A DNA stretch of 64,000 bases, from the NCBI GenBank assembly GCA_050246755.1, contig JBFWVL010000001.1, forward strand, positions 1,568,001-1,632,000, read 5' to 3'. The position numbers and the translations under genes are program-made. This stretch comes from Bacteriovoracia bacterium. GTDB taxonomy: Bacteria > Bdellovibrionota > UBA1018 > CAIPTA01. The notes beneath the pieces are model-generated. The model saw only the letters and a list, made by a program, of their open reading frames with translations, did not search any database and was not told the DNA's origin. Positions within the stretch are counted from its first letter, which is position 1. Each line of letters opens with the position of its first letter. This document shows, one piece after another, positions 27,557 through 37,221 of this stretch.

Positions 27557-28600
27557 ATGTTTGCGAAAAAGATCACCCTCGTCGTAACCCTCCTCGCGCT
27601 TTCGCTTAGCGGATGCGCGGCCATTAAAGAACGCCAAGCCTCGCAGGAGGAAAACGAGATCTACGACGGCGTGCCCGTGGAAGAAAAAACCATAGACCAG
27701 CAAGTGGCGGAAGGTGACCCTTACGGCCCTCCCGCCAGCGATGCTCCCGCGCCTTCCGCGGAAGTGGCGGGTCCGCCGCCTCCTCCGCCCGGTTCCGAAG
27801 TGCCTCCGGCTCCAGCCGAAGCGGCTAAGCTTTGTTTATTGCTCGGGCCGGGCATGGCGAAGGCCCTGGCCGAAGCCGCCGTGCTCGAAGCTATTAAAAA
27901 AGCGCAAATTCCGGTTCACTGCGTGGTGGGCACCGAAATGGGCGCGGTAGTGGGAGCGCTCTACGCATACGCCAACGGCAGCACGAACACGATGCAGTGG
28001 CAGCTGTTTAAGTTTACTAAGGACATTTATTTTAATTTCCCGGTGCTTTCTTTGCGGGACCCGAAATCCAGCGGGAAGAAGCTGCATGACTTCTTGCGCG
28101 GGATATTTCGCGATAAGAAAATTGAAGAGTTGCCGGTTCCCTTCGCCACCGCGGCCCTCGACAGCGATCGCGACAGCCTCTTTTTTTTCGAGCGCGGAGA
28201 AGTGGCCGACGCGTTGAGCGCGACCCTGGCCGTTCCGGGCATTTTCGAGGCCTGGAAAATCGGATCCGCTTCTTACGTAACGGGTGCGGTATCGTCTCCG
28301 GCCCCCATAGAGCTGGCGCGGAAGCTTGGCGGGAATTTTTTCGTATTGGTCGACGTTACCGCGGACAATTCGGGAGCGAAGGCCGGGGCTCGTTTCCAGA
28401 AAGCCTTTTCGCCCGTTCGCAATTTGATGAGGCTGCAGAAAAAAGAAGCCTCCTTCGTGATCGAGGTGAAGGCCGGAGCGATCAGCTACGATGATTTCGA
28501 TCGTCAGGGAGAAATTCTGGCGGCCGGAGGGCGCGCTGCGGAAAAATCTGTGCCGGAGTTGAAAGCGGCCTGGGAGAAGTGGAATGCTGGCACGCATTAG
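27557..28600 (+). CDS. Patatin-like lipoprotein with degenerate catalytic motifs
   Basis: Lipobox LSGC; Pro-rich linker; patatin fold pattern (LLLGPG...VVGTEMGA.VGALYA...A.PGIF). Confidence 0.75.
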   Translation: MFAKKITLVVTLLALSLSGCAAIKERQASQEENEIYDGVPVEEKTIDQQVAEGDPYGPPASDAPAPSAEVAGPPPPPPGSEVPPAPAEAAKLCLLLGPGMAKALAEAAVLEAIKKAQIPVHCVVGTEMGAVVGALYAYANGSTNTMQWQLFKFTKDIYFNFPVLSLRDPKSSGKKLHDFLRGIFRDKKIEELPVPFATAALDSDRDSLFFFERGEVADALSATLAVPGIFEAWKIGSASYVTGAVSSPAPIELARKLGGNFFVLVDVTADNSGAKAGARFQKAFSPVRNLMRLQKKEASFVIEVKAGAISYDDFDRQGEILAAGGRAAEKSVPELKAAWEKWNAGTH

Positions 28601-31229
28601 CCAATTGAAAGCCAAACGTCTCGGCTATGCCATCGTGGGCGGAGCGTTGGCATGTGCCGTGCTCGCGGTTTTGATTTTCGCTTGGGCGATCCTGAATCTT
28701 CCGAAGCTCGACAATATGCAGGACTATCGCCCCTCACTCGGCAGCGTGGTGCTGGCGCGCGACGGAAAAGTGCTCGGTGAGTTCTACGATAGTGAGCGTC
28801 GCTACCTCGTGAGCATGGACGAGATTCCCGAGGTGGTGGCTAATGCCTTCATCGCGGCCGAGGACGATCATTTCTACCAGCATTCCGGCGTGGATTTTTC
28901 CGGTATCGCCCGCGCCTTTTGGGCCAACCTCAAAGCCGGGGGAGTGGTGCAAGGAGGGAGTACGATCACGATGCAGGTTTCGAAGGGACTCCTGCTCACT
29001 TCGCAGCGCACTTTCGGTCGTAAGCTCCGCGAGCTATTGCTGGCCCAGCGCGTGGAGAAAAATTTTTCCAAGCGGCAGATTCTTTATCTTTACCTAAATC
29101 ACGTCTATTTCGGCCAGCGCGCCTACGGCGTAGAAGCCGCCTCCCGCTCTTATTTCCATAAAAAGGTGAAAGACATTTCGATCGCCGAGGCCGCGCTGCT
29201 GGCGGGTCTCGTGAAGGCTCCCTCCAGCTATGCTCCTACGCGCGATCCCAACCGCGCGCGCGAACGCCAGCTCTACGTGCTGCGCCGGATGCACGAGACG
29301 AATAAGATCACCGCCGAGCAGTACAAGGCCGCGCTAGCCGAGGAGGTGCGCGTGTATCCGGAAGACAATCCGAACGCAATGATCGCGCCCTATTACCTGG
29401 AGCATCTGCGCCAGATCTTGATCGCGAAGCATGGCCAGGACGTGCTCTACCGCGGGGGCCTCGTGATCGAGGCCGCGGCCGACGCCGATCTTTCGCTCAC
29501 GGCGATGAAGGCCGTGCGGGCGAACGTGGACGAACTTGATAAGCGCCAAGGCTACCGCGGGCCGGTGGGCCATGTGTCCACTCCCGAGGGCATGGCTGAC
29601 CTACAAAAAGAAATTCACGCCGAGGTTTTCAATCGCCGCTTCGGATTCCACGTGATGCCGCTCAACCCCGAAGAGAAAATGAGCAAGGGGGTGTGGGAAG
29701 ATTATACTCGCGCCCGGCTCGCGCTTCAGGACCCTTCGCTTACCGACGAGCGGCGCCTGCTCCAGCCCTGGGAGAAGTACCGAGCCATCGTGACCAAGGT
29801 AGAGGCCGACGGGAAAAGTGCGCAGCTCATGATCGGCACCATTCCGGCTCGTCTCTCGATCGGCAATATGCGTTGGGCAAAGCGCATCAAGCCGCCGGAA
29901 ACCGCCAACTACGCCCAGATCGCGCACGTGGGAGAGGCGATCAAGGCGGGTGACGTGATTCTCGTGAAACCGATTTTGCCGCTTTCGGAAAAAACCGAAG
30001 ATCCCGTGAATGTTTCGCTCGAGCAGCATCCAATTGTGCAAAGCGCCCTGCTTAGCATGGAGGCGGCTACCGGCCACGTGGTGGCGATGGTGGGCGGTTA
30101 CGAGTTCAGCGGGTCGGAATACAACCGCGCCCTGCAGGGAGAGAGGCAGCCCGGCTCTTCGTTCAAGCCCCTGCTCTACGCGGCCGCGCTGGACAAAGGT
30201 TTCACTCCTTCTTCGATCATCGTGGATTCTCCGCTCATCTTCGAAAATCAGGGAGGCTCGAACCTGAAGTGGATTCCGGAAAACAACAGCGAGAAGTTTT
30301 ACGGCGATACCACGCTTCGCACCGCGATCATCAACTCGCGCAATATCCCGGCGGTAAAGCTTCTCCAGGAAATCGGGCTCACCTATTTCGTGAAGTACCT
30401 GCGTAGCGTGGGCATCGGGGGAGATATCAGCCCGGATCTTTCACTGGCCCTCGGATCAAAATCCATTTCCCTGCTGGACCTCACTAAAACCTACGCCCTA
30501 TTCCCTCGGCTCGGGATGCGGATCGAACCCGTATTTTTGCTCAAGGTTACCGATCGCGACGGCAAGGTTTTGGAAGAGTATTCTTATAAGGAGTTTCAGC
30601 GGGAGATGTCGGCTAAATGGCTGGCTTGGAAAGAATCCCAGAATCCCACTAAGCCTACGGACACCACAGTGACGGCGAATACCCAAACCGCCACGGCCAC
30701 CGCGACCGAGGTGACCAAAAATCCCGATCAGCCTCCTACCTTCGATGATCCTCTGCGCGCGATGGATGAGCGCACGGCTTTCGTAATGGGCAATCTCCTG
30801 CAGGAGGTGGTGCTCTACGGAACCGGAACCGGCGCCCGCACCCTGAAGCGTAAGGTGGGTGGTAAAACTGGCACCACCAACGATTTCGTGGACGCTTGGT
30901 TCATGGGGTTTTCGCCCGAACTCGTGACCGGTGTATGGACCGGTTTCGACAACCCCCGTTCCCTGGGAAAAGGCGAAGTGGGAGGCCGGGCTTCGCTGCC
31001 GGCCTGGAACGAATACATGGCCGCCGCGCTCGAGCACTATCGCGCCGATGAATACGCCGTGCCTAAGGGGATCGTTTTTGTGAGGATCGACCCTAAAACT
31101 GGCTCGCTCGCGAAGGCCGGAAATAGCGCGGGTGTGAAAGAAGCCTTCGTGGAAGGTACCGAGCCCACCCTGGAACGGCAAAATCAGCAAGCTCCTGATT
31201 CCAGTGACTTTTTTCGCGAAGACCTTTAA
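28584..31229 (+). CDS. mrcA: Penicillin-binding protein 1A
   Basis: GT51 motifs EDDHFYQH and GGSTITMQ; transpeptidase motifs SSFK, SRN and KTGT; OB-like insert. Confidence 0.93.
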   Translation: MLARISQLKAKRLGYAIVGGALACAVLAVLIFAWAILNLPKLDNMQDYRPSLGSVVLARDGKVLGEFYDSERRYLVSMDEIPEVVANAFIAAEDDHFYQHSGVDFSGIARAFWANLKAGGVVQGGSTITMQVSKGLLLTSQRTFGRKLRELLLAQRVEKNFSKRQILYLYLNHVYFGQRAYGVEAASRSYFHKKVKDISIAEAALLAGLVKAPSSYAPTRDPNRARERQLYVLRRMHETNKITAEQYKAALAEEVRVYPEDNPNAMIAPYYLEHLRQILIAKHGQDVLYRGGLVIEAAADADLSLTAMKAVRANVDELDKRQGYRGPVGHVSTPEGMADLQKEIHAEVFNRRFGFHVMPLNPEEKMSKGVWEDYTRARLALQDPSLTDERRLLQPWEKYRAIVTKVEADGKSAQLMIGTIPARLSIGNMRWAKRIKPPETANYAQIAHVGEAIKAGDVILVKPILPLSEKTEDPVNVSLEQHPIVQSALLSMEAATGHVVAMVGGYEFSGSEYNRALQGERQPGSSFKPLLYAAALDKGFTPSSIIVDSPLIFENQGGSNLKWIPENNSEKFYGDTTLRTAIINSRNIPAVKLLQEIGLTYFVKYLRSVGIGGDISPDLSLALGSKSISLLDLTKTYALFPRLGMRIEPVFLLKVTDRDGKVLEEYSYKEFQREMSAKWLAWKESQNPTKPTDTTVTANTQTATATATEVTKNPDQPPTFDDPLRAMDERTAFVMGNLLQEVVLYGTGTGARTLKRKVGGKTGTTNDFVDAWFMGFSPELVTGVWTGFDNPRSLGKGEVGGRASLPAWNEYMAAALEHYRADEYAVPKGIVFVRIDPKTGSLAKAGNSAGVKEAFVEGTEPTLERQNQQAPDSSDFFREDL

Positions 31230-31281
31230 ACGCCGCAGTTTGCTCTCAGATTACCTGGAAAATGATAGGATGAAGTCAAGA

Positions 31282-31309
31282 GAAGCGGTTCTCGAGTGAA
31301 CCGCTTTTT
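31282..31309 (+). terminator. Intrinsic terminator after mrcA
   Basis: gaagcggttc-tcgagt-gaaccgcttttt. Confidence 0.7.
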
Positions 31310-31393
31310 CTGCAAGATCACGGCGTTTTTTTTGCATCGTTGTGATCAGATTGCCGATACGTTTTGAAGGAGGGGCATTTGTACCCTACGAGC

Positions 31394-32278
31394 ATGGAAG
31401 CAAAAAGAAATCGTGAAGCACTGACGCTATTTTTAGCGCTCTCTTTGCTCGCTCATTTCGCTTTCGTGCTCACGATGTACTACGCGCGCTGGGAGCCATC
31501 GGCGCGTGCTCCTGAGGCCGTATACGTAGATCTCAATGCGCTTCCTCCCTCGGCACTCACTCCTGAGCAAGAAAAGGCCAAGCAAGTGGCCGAATCCGAC
31601 GTAGCGCCCAATACCGATATTCCTAAAGACGCGAAGTATCTTGGCGAGCGCAGCCAAACCGTAGAGGAAGAGACCAAGGCCAAGACTGTGGATCGTTTCC
31701 GCAAAGGCGGAGCCACTTCGATTGCCGGCGACGGCAAACAGCTCAGCTTGAAGGATCTCGCGCCTCCCACGAAGGCCGTAGCTCCTCCTACTAAGCTCGA
31801 GATGGAAGGCTATAAGCAAGAACAGCAAAAGCTGGCCCGCACCGAATCCGGCCGGGGCGGCACGATCGCTCCCGATAGCCAGGGTGCGGCCACCAATGAT
31901 TATTTGAAAGAAGTAAAAGACGGCGACAAGACCATGCTGAGCACGAAGGAGTTCGTGTACTTTGGTTACTACCGTCGCATCCGCGAGCGCCTGGAAGTAG
32001 CCTGGAGCACCCGCCTGCGCGCCGCGATGGAAGGCTATGTCTATGGCGGGCGCCAGCTAGCCAATAACCGTGATTACGTGACCGGCGTGGTGGTGGTACT
32101 CGACCGCAATGGAAAAGTTACGGGCGTGCAGCTGCTGCAGGGATCTGGAGCGCGGGATCTCGACCAAGCCGCCATCGATGCTTTTCAGTCTGCCGGGCCT
32201 TTTCCGGATCCGCCTTCGGGCTTAGTGGATGAAAATGGGGAAATTAAAATTCCCTGGAGCTTCGTGCTGCAGAGCTAG
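31394..32278 (+). CDS. TonB/TolA C-terminal domain protein
   Basis: TM segment with SLLAH; C-terminal YYRRIRERL...SG...LDQAAI.A...AGPFPDPP; start could be TTG 31364. Confidence 0.8.
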   Translation: MEAKRNREALTLFLALSLLAHFAFVLTMYYARWEPSARAPEAVYVDLNALPPSALTPEQEKAKQVAESDVAPNTDIPKDAKYLGERSQTVEEETKAKTVDRFRKGGATSIAGDGKQLSLKDLAPPTKAVAPPTKLEMEGYKQEQQKLARTESGRGGTIAPDSQGAATNDYLKEVKDGDKTMLSTKEFVYFGYYRRIRERLEVAWSTRLRAAMEGYVYGGRQLANNRDYVTGVVVVLDRNGKVTGVQLLQGSGARDLDQAAIDAFQSAGPFPDPPSGLVDENGEIKIPWSFVLQS

Positions 32279-32625
32279 TGAAATTGCTGGCTCAGCCGGG
32301 CCAAGCCTTCCTTCAATAAAACCTGATTCCAGAGCTTATCCACTTCTTGCAAGTTCATGATGATCTGCTGAAGGGCTTCGTGCGGAGCCATGCCGTGGCG
32401 TTTCGCGTAGAGGGTGGCGGCGTCCAGCAGAGCACCCACGGGAGAAGAGTGCATGAGCTCGAGCAGGCGCGTGTGCGGATCGGATTTTGCGTCCTCTTGG
32501 TTCGTTTGTGCAAGCTTTACGTTCACGAGAACGGAAGAGAGCACGCGCGGGTCGAGAGTATCTTCGGCGGATTCGGAATTATTGGATTCCATGGTCGCCA
32601 TATTTCGTTGCAGGACGTCGATCAT
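32275..32625 (-). CDS. Hypothetical protein
   Basis: 116 aa helical ORF with host-like codon usage; start uncertain. Confidence 0.6.
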   Translation of the reverse strand: MIDVLQRNMATMESNNSESAEDTLDPRVLSSVLVNVKLAQTNQEDAKSDPHTRLLELMHSSPVGALLDAATLYAKRHGMAPHEALQQIIMNLQEVDKLWNQVLLKEGLARLSQQFH

Positions 32626-32717
32626 AAGTTTTTGGTTTCGGAGTAGTTCGGAAGTTCTATTGTGGTAGCGAAATCGGAAGCGCTTGTCAAAACGCTTTGA
32701 AGAAAATTTTTTTGACG

Positions 32718-32759
32718 AAAAAAATTTCGGCTAAGTGCTTGTTCTGCAGCTTAGCCGAA
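32718..32759 (-). terminator. Terminator of the folD-gcvT-gcvH operon
   Basis: ttcggctaag...cttagccgaa stem with a T-run on the minus strand. Confidence 0.7.
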
Positions 32760-32787
32760 CATTGACGCTTGACAGTTTTTTATGACG

Positions 32788-33177
32788 CTACAGAGATTCA
32801 ACCAGCTTTTTATAGTCAGTCGCCGAGAGCAAATCGCTCGTCTCGCTCGAATTCGTTAGTTCCAGCTTGATCATCCACGCCTTTTGGTAGGGATCGGAAT
32901 TGGCGAGCCCTGGCTCATCTACCAAACTGGAATTTACGTCGAGAATTTTTCCGCTCAGCGGCGAATACAAATCGCTCACGGCTTTAATGCTCTCCACTAC
33001 GCCGAAAGTATCGCCGCGCTTCAGCGTTTTTCCCTTGGCGGGGAGCTCCACGAACACTACTTCCCCCAGTGCATCTTGCGCGTGGTGCGTGATTCCGATG
33101 GTAGCGATCTTTCCTTCCACGAGCGCCCACTCATGATCCTTGGTAAATTGGAGGGTGGGGGGAATTTTTTCCGACAT
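32788..33177 (-). CDS. gcvH: Glycine cleavage system H protein
   Basis: HEW; GIT..AQ..LG; lipoyl motif VESIKAVSD. Confidence 0.96.
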   Translation of the reverse strand: MSEKIPPTLQFTKDHEWALVEGKIATIGITHHAQDALGEVVFVELPAKGKTLKRGDTFGVVESIKAVSDLYSPLSGKILDVNSSLVDEPGLANSDPYQKAWMIKLELTNSSETSDLLSATDYKKLVESL

Positions 33178-33199
33178 ATTATTCTCCTTTTGAAATCTC

Positions 33200-34315
33200 T
33201 TATTCTTTTCTCTTATAGAAAGGCGTTGCCACCACTTCCGCAGGAAAGAACCGGTCGCGAATTTGTACGCTCAGCTTCGTTCCTGGTTTTTGCCAGCCTT
33301 GCTTTACGTACGCGATCGCAATTGGCACCCCTAAAGAGGGGGCCAATGTGCCACTGGTTATCTTACCTAATTTTTCGGCGCCATCGGCACTAAAGACCTC
33401 GTAACCTTGCCGCGGAATCCCGCGGTCCTGGGTCTTAATGCCCACCAGGGCGCGGGTAAGGCCGGAGGCTTTTATTTTAAGCAGGGCTTCTTTGCCCAGA
33501 AAGTCGTTGGGCTTATCGAGCTTCACTACCCAGCCCAGTCCGGCTTCGAGCGGATTGGTTTCGGCGTCGATTTCGTGGCCATATAGAGGAAATTTCATTT
33601 CGGTGCGGAGCGTATCCCGCGCGCCGAGGCCGGCGTGCAGGAGCCCAAGCGGTTTTCCTGCCTCCCAGATTTTTTGCCAGATTGTGCTGGCGGCGGCGGC
33701 GGGCGCGTAGATTTCAAAGCCGTCTTCGCCGGTATAGCCAGTGCGGCTCATGATTACCTTGATCCCGAAAAAATCTATCTCGGCGAAATGGTAATATTCG
33801 ATGGCCTGGAGATTGAAATCAGTCAGTTGCGAGAGGATTTTTTCCGAGAGTGGCCCCTGGAGCGCGATCTGGCAGAATTCGTCGGAAACGTGTTTGAGGG
33901 AAAGCCCGGGGAACTTTTTCCCCTGACGCGCGATCCACTCCCAGTCCTTATCGATATTTCCCGCGTTGATGCAGAGGAGATATTTATTGGCGGCGCGCCG
34001 GTACACGAGGAGATCGTCCACCACGCCGCCGTTCTCGTAGCACATAACCGTATACTGGGCTTGGCCGTTCACGAGGCGCGAAACATTATTCGTAACCAGA
34101 TAGTTAAGGAATTCTTCGGCGCGTTCACCTTCCACCAGCACTTCACCCATATGGCTTACGTCAAAGAGGCCGGCCTTCGTGCGCACGGCTTGATGCTCCT
34201 GAGAGAGGCCGGTGTACTGCACGGGCATATGCCAGCCGCCGAAATCCACCATGCGTGCGCCGGCGTCGATATGCGCTTGATTGAGAGGAGTTTTTTTCAT
34301 GGACGATTTATTCAT
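33200..34315 (-). CDS. gcvT: Glycine cleavage system aminomethyltransferase T
   Basis: FGGWHMPVQY, FDVSHMGE, SRTGYTGEDGFE and GLGARDTLR motifs. Confidence 0.96.
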   Translation of the reverse strand: MNKSSMKKTPLNQAHIDAGARMVDFGGWHMPVQYTGLSQEHQAVRTKAGLFDVSHMGEVLVEGERAEEFLNYLVTNNVSRLVNGQAQYTVMCYENGGVVDDLLVYRRAANKYLLCINAGNIDKDWEWIARQGKKFPGLSLKHVSDEFCQIALQGPLSEKILSQLTDFNLQAIEYYHFAEIDFFGIKVIMSRTGYTGEDGFEIYAPAAAASTIWQKIWEAGKPLGLLHAGLGARDTLRTEMKFPLYGHEIDAETNPLEAGLGWVVKLDKPNDFLGKEALLKIKASGLTRALVGIKTQDRGIPRQGYEVFSADGAEKLGKITSGTLAPSLGVPIAIAYVKQGWQKPGTKLSVQIRDRFFPAEVVATPFYKRKE

Positions 34316-34358
34316 ACCTTGGGGCCTTCGCGCGGAGCAAGTCGGAAGGTGGTTATCG

Positions 34359-35213
34359 CTAAGCGTTACGCGCGTTCGCGGCGCGCACGGTATTGCGGAT
34401 CAGCATCGCGATCGTCATCGGTCCCACGCCGTTGGGTACGGGAGTGAGGAAAGAAGCGATTCCCATCACGGACCTCGCGTCTACGTCGCCCACTACACGC
34501 TTCCCGTCGCGATTGATGCCCACGTCAATGATCACGGCGCCTGGCTTCACGAATTCTTTGGCCACGAAGCGGGCTTTTCCCACGGCCACCACCAGAATGT
34601 CGGCGCCGGCGCAGAGCTCAGCGAGATTTTTCGTTTTGGAATGGGCGATGGTGACGGTGGCGTCGGCACCGAGCAGCATCAATGCCATGGGTTTTCCCAC
34701 GATCGAGGAGCGGCCAAGAACCACCGCGTGTTTACCGGAGGTGGGGATTTTCGCTTCCCGGAGAATTTCCATCACGCCGGCGGGGGTGCAGGGCGGGAGG
34801 CCGCTGGCTAGGGTCTGTTTTGCGTCTATGAGGAGGGCTCCGGCATTCTGGGGATGAAAGCCGTCTACGTCTTTTGCGGGATCGATGAGGGCCTGGATTT
34901 TTCGCTCGTCCCAACCGCTGGGGAGGGGGGACTGCACGAGAATTCCATCGATATCTTTGCGGGCGTTCAGCTGGAGGATAGTTTCTTCGAGCTTCGCGAA
35001 GCCTTCGCTGGGCTGGAGGTGGAAGTCTTCGGCGTGAAGGCCATATTTGCGGCAGGTTTCGGTCTTCTTTTTCACGTAGATGCTGGAGGCGGGATCATCG
35101 CCCACGAGGACCACGGCGAGGCCGGGCTTGCGCTGGAGTTTCGCGGCGCCGGCGCGCGCTTCGCTAAGGGTTTTTTCGGCCAGCTCGGGGGTTTTGAAAA
35201 GGAGGGTTTCCAC
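34359..35213 (-). CDS. folD: Methylenetetrahydrofolate dehydrogenase/cyclohydrolase
   Basis: YVKKK, KDVDGFHP, PCTPAG, GRSSIVGKP and TPVPNGVGPMT motifs. Confidence 0.96.
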   Translation of the reverse strand: METLLFKTPELAEKTLSEARAGAAKLQRKPGLAVVLVGDDPASSIYVKKKTETCRKYGLHAEDFHLQPSEGFAKLEETILQLNARKDIDGILVQSPLPSGWDERKIQALIDPAKDVDGFHPQNAGALLIDAKQTLASGLPPCTPAGVMEILREAKIPTSGKHAVVLGRSSIVGKPMALMLLGADATVTIAHSKTKNLAELCAGADILVVAVGKARFVAKEFVKPGAVIIDVGINRDGKRVVGDVDARSVMGIASFLTPVPNGVGPMTIAMLIRNTVRAANARNA

Positions 35214-35228
35214 CTGGAAGAGAATAGC

Positions 35229-36128
35229 TTAGCTCTTCCAGTGTTCGGACATCTTTTTTTCGCCAAATTCCTCGAGGGCATGGAGCTGATTGTGCGCGGG
35301 GCAGCGGAGCCGAAGGTTTTCTACGGTATTGAGGCCGCCCTTGGCGAAAGGGATGACGTGGTCGAGCTGGAGGGAGAATTGGCTGCCGCAGCTAGGATAG
35401 GTGCAAAGGGCTTGGTCGCGCAGCCAAACGGCGTGGCGGACTTGGGCGGGGATGTGGCGGGAGTGTTTGGGGTGGGGATTTACTTGCGACGTGATAGAAG
35501 CATTGCGTCGTTTCGCAACTCGCAAATTTCGTTCAGCTTTTTTTATGGGGTCGTACTTTTGTAACGCAACATCGGCCAATTTTTCGACGAGTTGTTCGAT
35601 GGACTTGGCAGCGAAGATTTCTTTCAAACGTTCTAACTTTTGAAAAAGTTCCCTAGTGGCAGCAAATCGAATCTCAGTATGAGAATTGGAAATCGGACGG
35701 ACCAGCTCCCGAAAATTAGTGGGATCAAGTGACCGTAAGATTTTTTGAATGTCGCGAGCCGATTTGTTTTCGATTTGCATTAAAATCTCGATTCGTTTTT
35801 CGCGCGGTAATTTCTTTTTGTGGAAAAATACTTGAGCCTGTCCGGCCGCGCTTAGGGTTAAATCGCCCTTCTGAAGCTTCTCCTCCATCTCCGGAAACTC
35901 CCGCATTAGTCGGGCCGCACAAATTCTCCGCTGTGCCTGCGATTCCGAAAACCGCAGCACCCGCACGCAATACTCAAATAGCGAAGGGTAACTCTCCTTC
36001 GCGTAGAGCCGTCGCAAGGCAATTTCATTCAGGTGATGCAGCAGTGCTGTCACCAGCCGGCGCTCGGCCCGCGCCAGCTGCCAGGTACTCTCAAGCAATT
36101 GATCGTCGGAAAATTTTCGTAGGTCCAT
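35229..36128 (-). CDS. HNH endonuclease with N-terminal helical (DUF222-like) region
   Basis: C-terminal RD...C..PSC......DHVIP.AKGG.N...NL...C..HN; N-terminal Y.SLFEYC...L..SE..A.RR. Confidence 0.85.
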   Translation of the reverse strand: MDLRKFSDDQLLESTWQLARAERRLVTALLHHLNEIALRRLYAKESYPSLFEYCVRVLRFSESQAQRRICAARLMREFPEMEEKLQKGDLTLSAAGQAQVFFHKKKLPREKRIEILMQIENKSARDIQKILRSLDPTNFRELVRPISNSHTEIRFAATRELFQKLERLKEIFAAKSIEQLVEKLADVALQKYDPIKKAERNLRVAKRRNASITSQVNPHPKHSRHIPAQVRHAVWLRDQALCTYPSCGSQFSLQLDHVIPFAKGGLNTVENLRLRCPAHNQLHALEEFGEKKMSEHWKS

Positions 36129-36214
36129 GCTTGTGAGCGAGCAATTCATGCGCCCGTTCGCTCATCGGCAACTCCTTGGAATCAAATCGCGACTCCACAC
36201 GGCGTCCGGAATCC

Positions 36215-36230
36215 CGTCAACAAACTGACG
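36215..36230 (+). promoter_or_regulatory. Palindromic upstream activator site for a sigma54 enhancer-binding protein
   Basis: CGTCA-ACAAAC-TGACG dyad about 85-100 nt upstream of the flgF sigma54 promoter. Confidence 0.55.
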
Positions 36231-36312
36231 TTTTCTGTCCACCCCGTCAAATCCGCCGCCCACCCAAACCAAGAGCCGAGAAAATTCCTAAACGATTTCG
36301 CGCGCCACGAAA

Positions 36313-36328
36313 TGGTACGAGCCTTGCT
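36313..36328 (+). promoter_or_regulatory. sigma54 (-24/-12) promoter of the flgF operon
   Basis: TGGTAC-GAGCC-TTGCT matches TGGCAC-N5-TTGC with correct GG-N10-GC spacing. Confidence 0.8.
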
Positions 36329-36352
36329 CTTCCGTGGTTGGGAGAGAATCAG

Positions 36353-37192
36353 ATGAGCAAGGGTTTCTGGCCAGCCATATCCGGAGCAGTCGCGCAGAGC
36401 GAGCGCATGGATACTATCGCCAACAATCTAGCCAACTCCGATACCACCGCCTTTAAACGGGATCAGGTGGCCTTCCAGCAAGTTCTCAGCAGCGCCACAG
36501 CCGCCGCCCAGAAAGAAGAGATTCCCCACAAGCCGTATACCGAAAAAGATTTTCATCGCCTCGACGGCAGAGACTCCACGTTCGTGGCCGTAGAGGGTTC
36601 TTTCACCGATTTCTCCCAAGGCCGCGTGAAGGTAACCGGCTCGCCCCTCGATCTCGCCGTAGAGGGGAAAGGTTTTCTCGAAGTGCTCGCGCCACAAGGC
36701 TTGCGTTATACCAGGCAAGGAAGCCTGAAGATGAATGCCGAAGGCGGCCTCGTGACCACCGAGGGCTTTCCCGTGCTGAATCCGGGCGGGGCCCCCGAGC
36801 CGGGAAAAATTCCTACCCGCGAAGAGCTGATGGCGCGGGCGATCCGCCTCGACAGCGCCAAAGATCCCAAAATTACGATCACCAGCGACGGAAAGATCTA
36901 TCAGGGCAAACAGGAAGTGGCCCAGCTTTCCGTGGTGGAGTTCGTGGATGCAAAGTTGCTGACGAAAGACGGCAGCTCTCTGTTCAATAATAACGAGCTC
37001 TCGGCCAATATTTCGCAGGACGATAAGTCCACGACGATTCGCCAGGGGGTACTAGAGACTTCGAACGTAAACGCGATAGCAGAGATGAGCGAGCTTCTGA
37101 AAGCCACGAGGCTCTTCGAGGCCAATGAAAAAATAGTGAAAACGTACGGCGACCTCGAAGGCCGTGCGGTGAACGATTTAGGCAAGCTCTAA
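36353..37192 (+). CDS. flgF: Flagellar basal-body rod protein FlgF
   Basis: IANNLAN..T..FK; TG.PLDLA; YTR.G; LETSNVN. Confidence 0.88.
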   Translation: MSKGFWPAISGAVAQSERMDTIANNLANSDTTAFKRDQVAFQQVLSSATAAAQKEEIPHKPYTEKDFHRLDGRDSTFVAVEGSFTDFSQGRVKVTGSPLDLAVEGKGFLEVLAPQGLRYTRQGSLKMNAEGGLVTTEGFPVLNPGGAPEPGKIPTREELMARAIRLDSAKDPKITITSDGKIYQGKQEVAQLSVVEFVDAKLLTKDGSSLFNNNELSANISQDDKSTTIRQGVLETSNVNAIAEMSELLKATRLFEANEKIVKTYGDLEGRAVNDLGKL

Positions 37193-37221
37193 CTCTGAAC
37201 TGATTCCATGGAGGGAACAGT

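Noticed and set aside
34316-34358. Glycine riboswitch upstream of gcvT
   Set aside because: Only 43 nt separate folD and gcvT, with no aptamer motif
35229-36128. HNH protein as an IscB/Cas9-like RNA-guided nuclease
   Set aside because: No split RuvC motifs or PLMP N-terminus, and no adjacent array or long structured RNA
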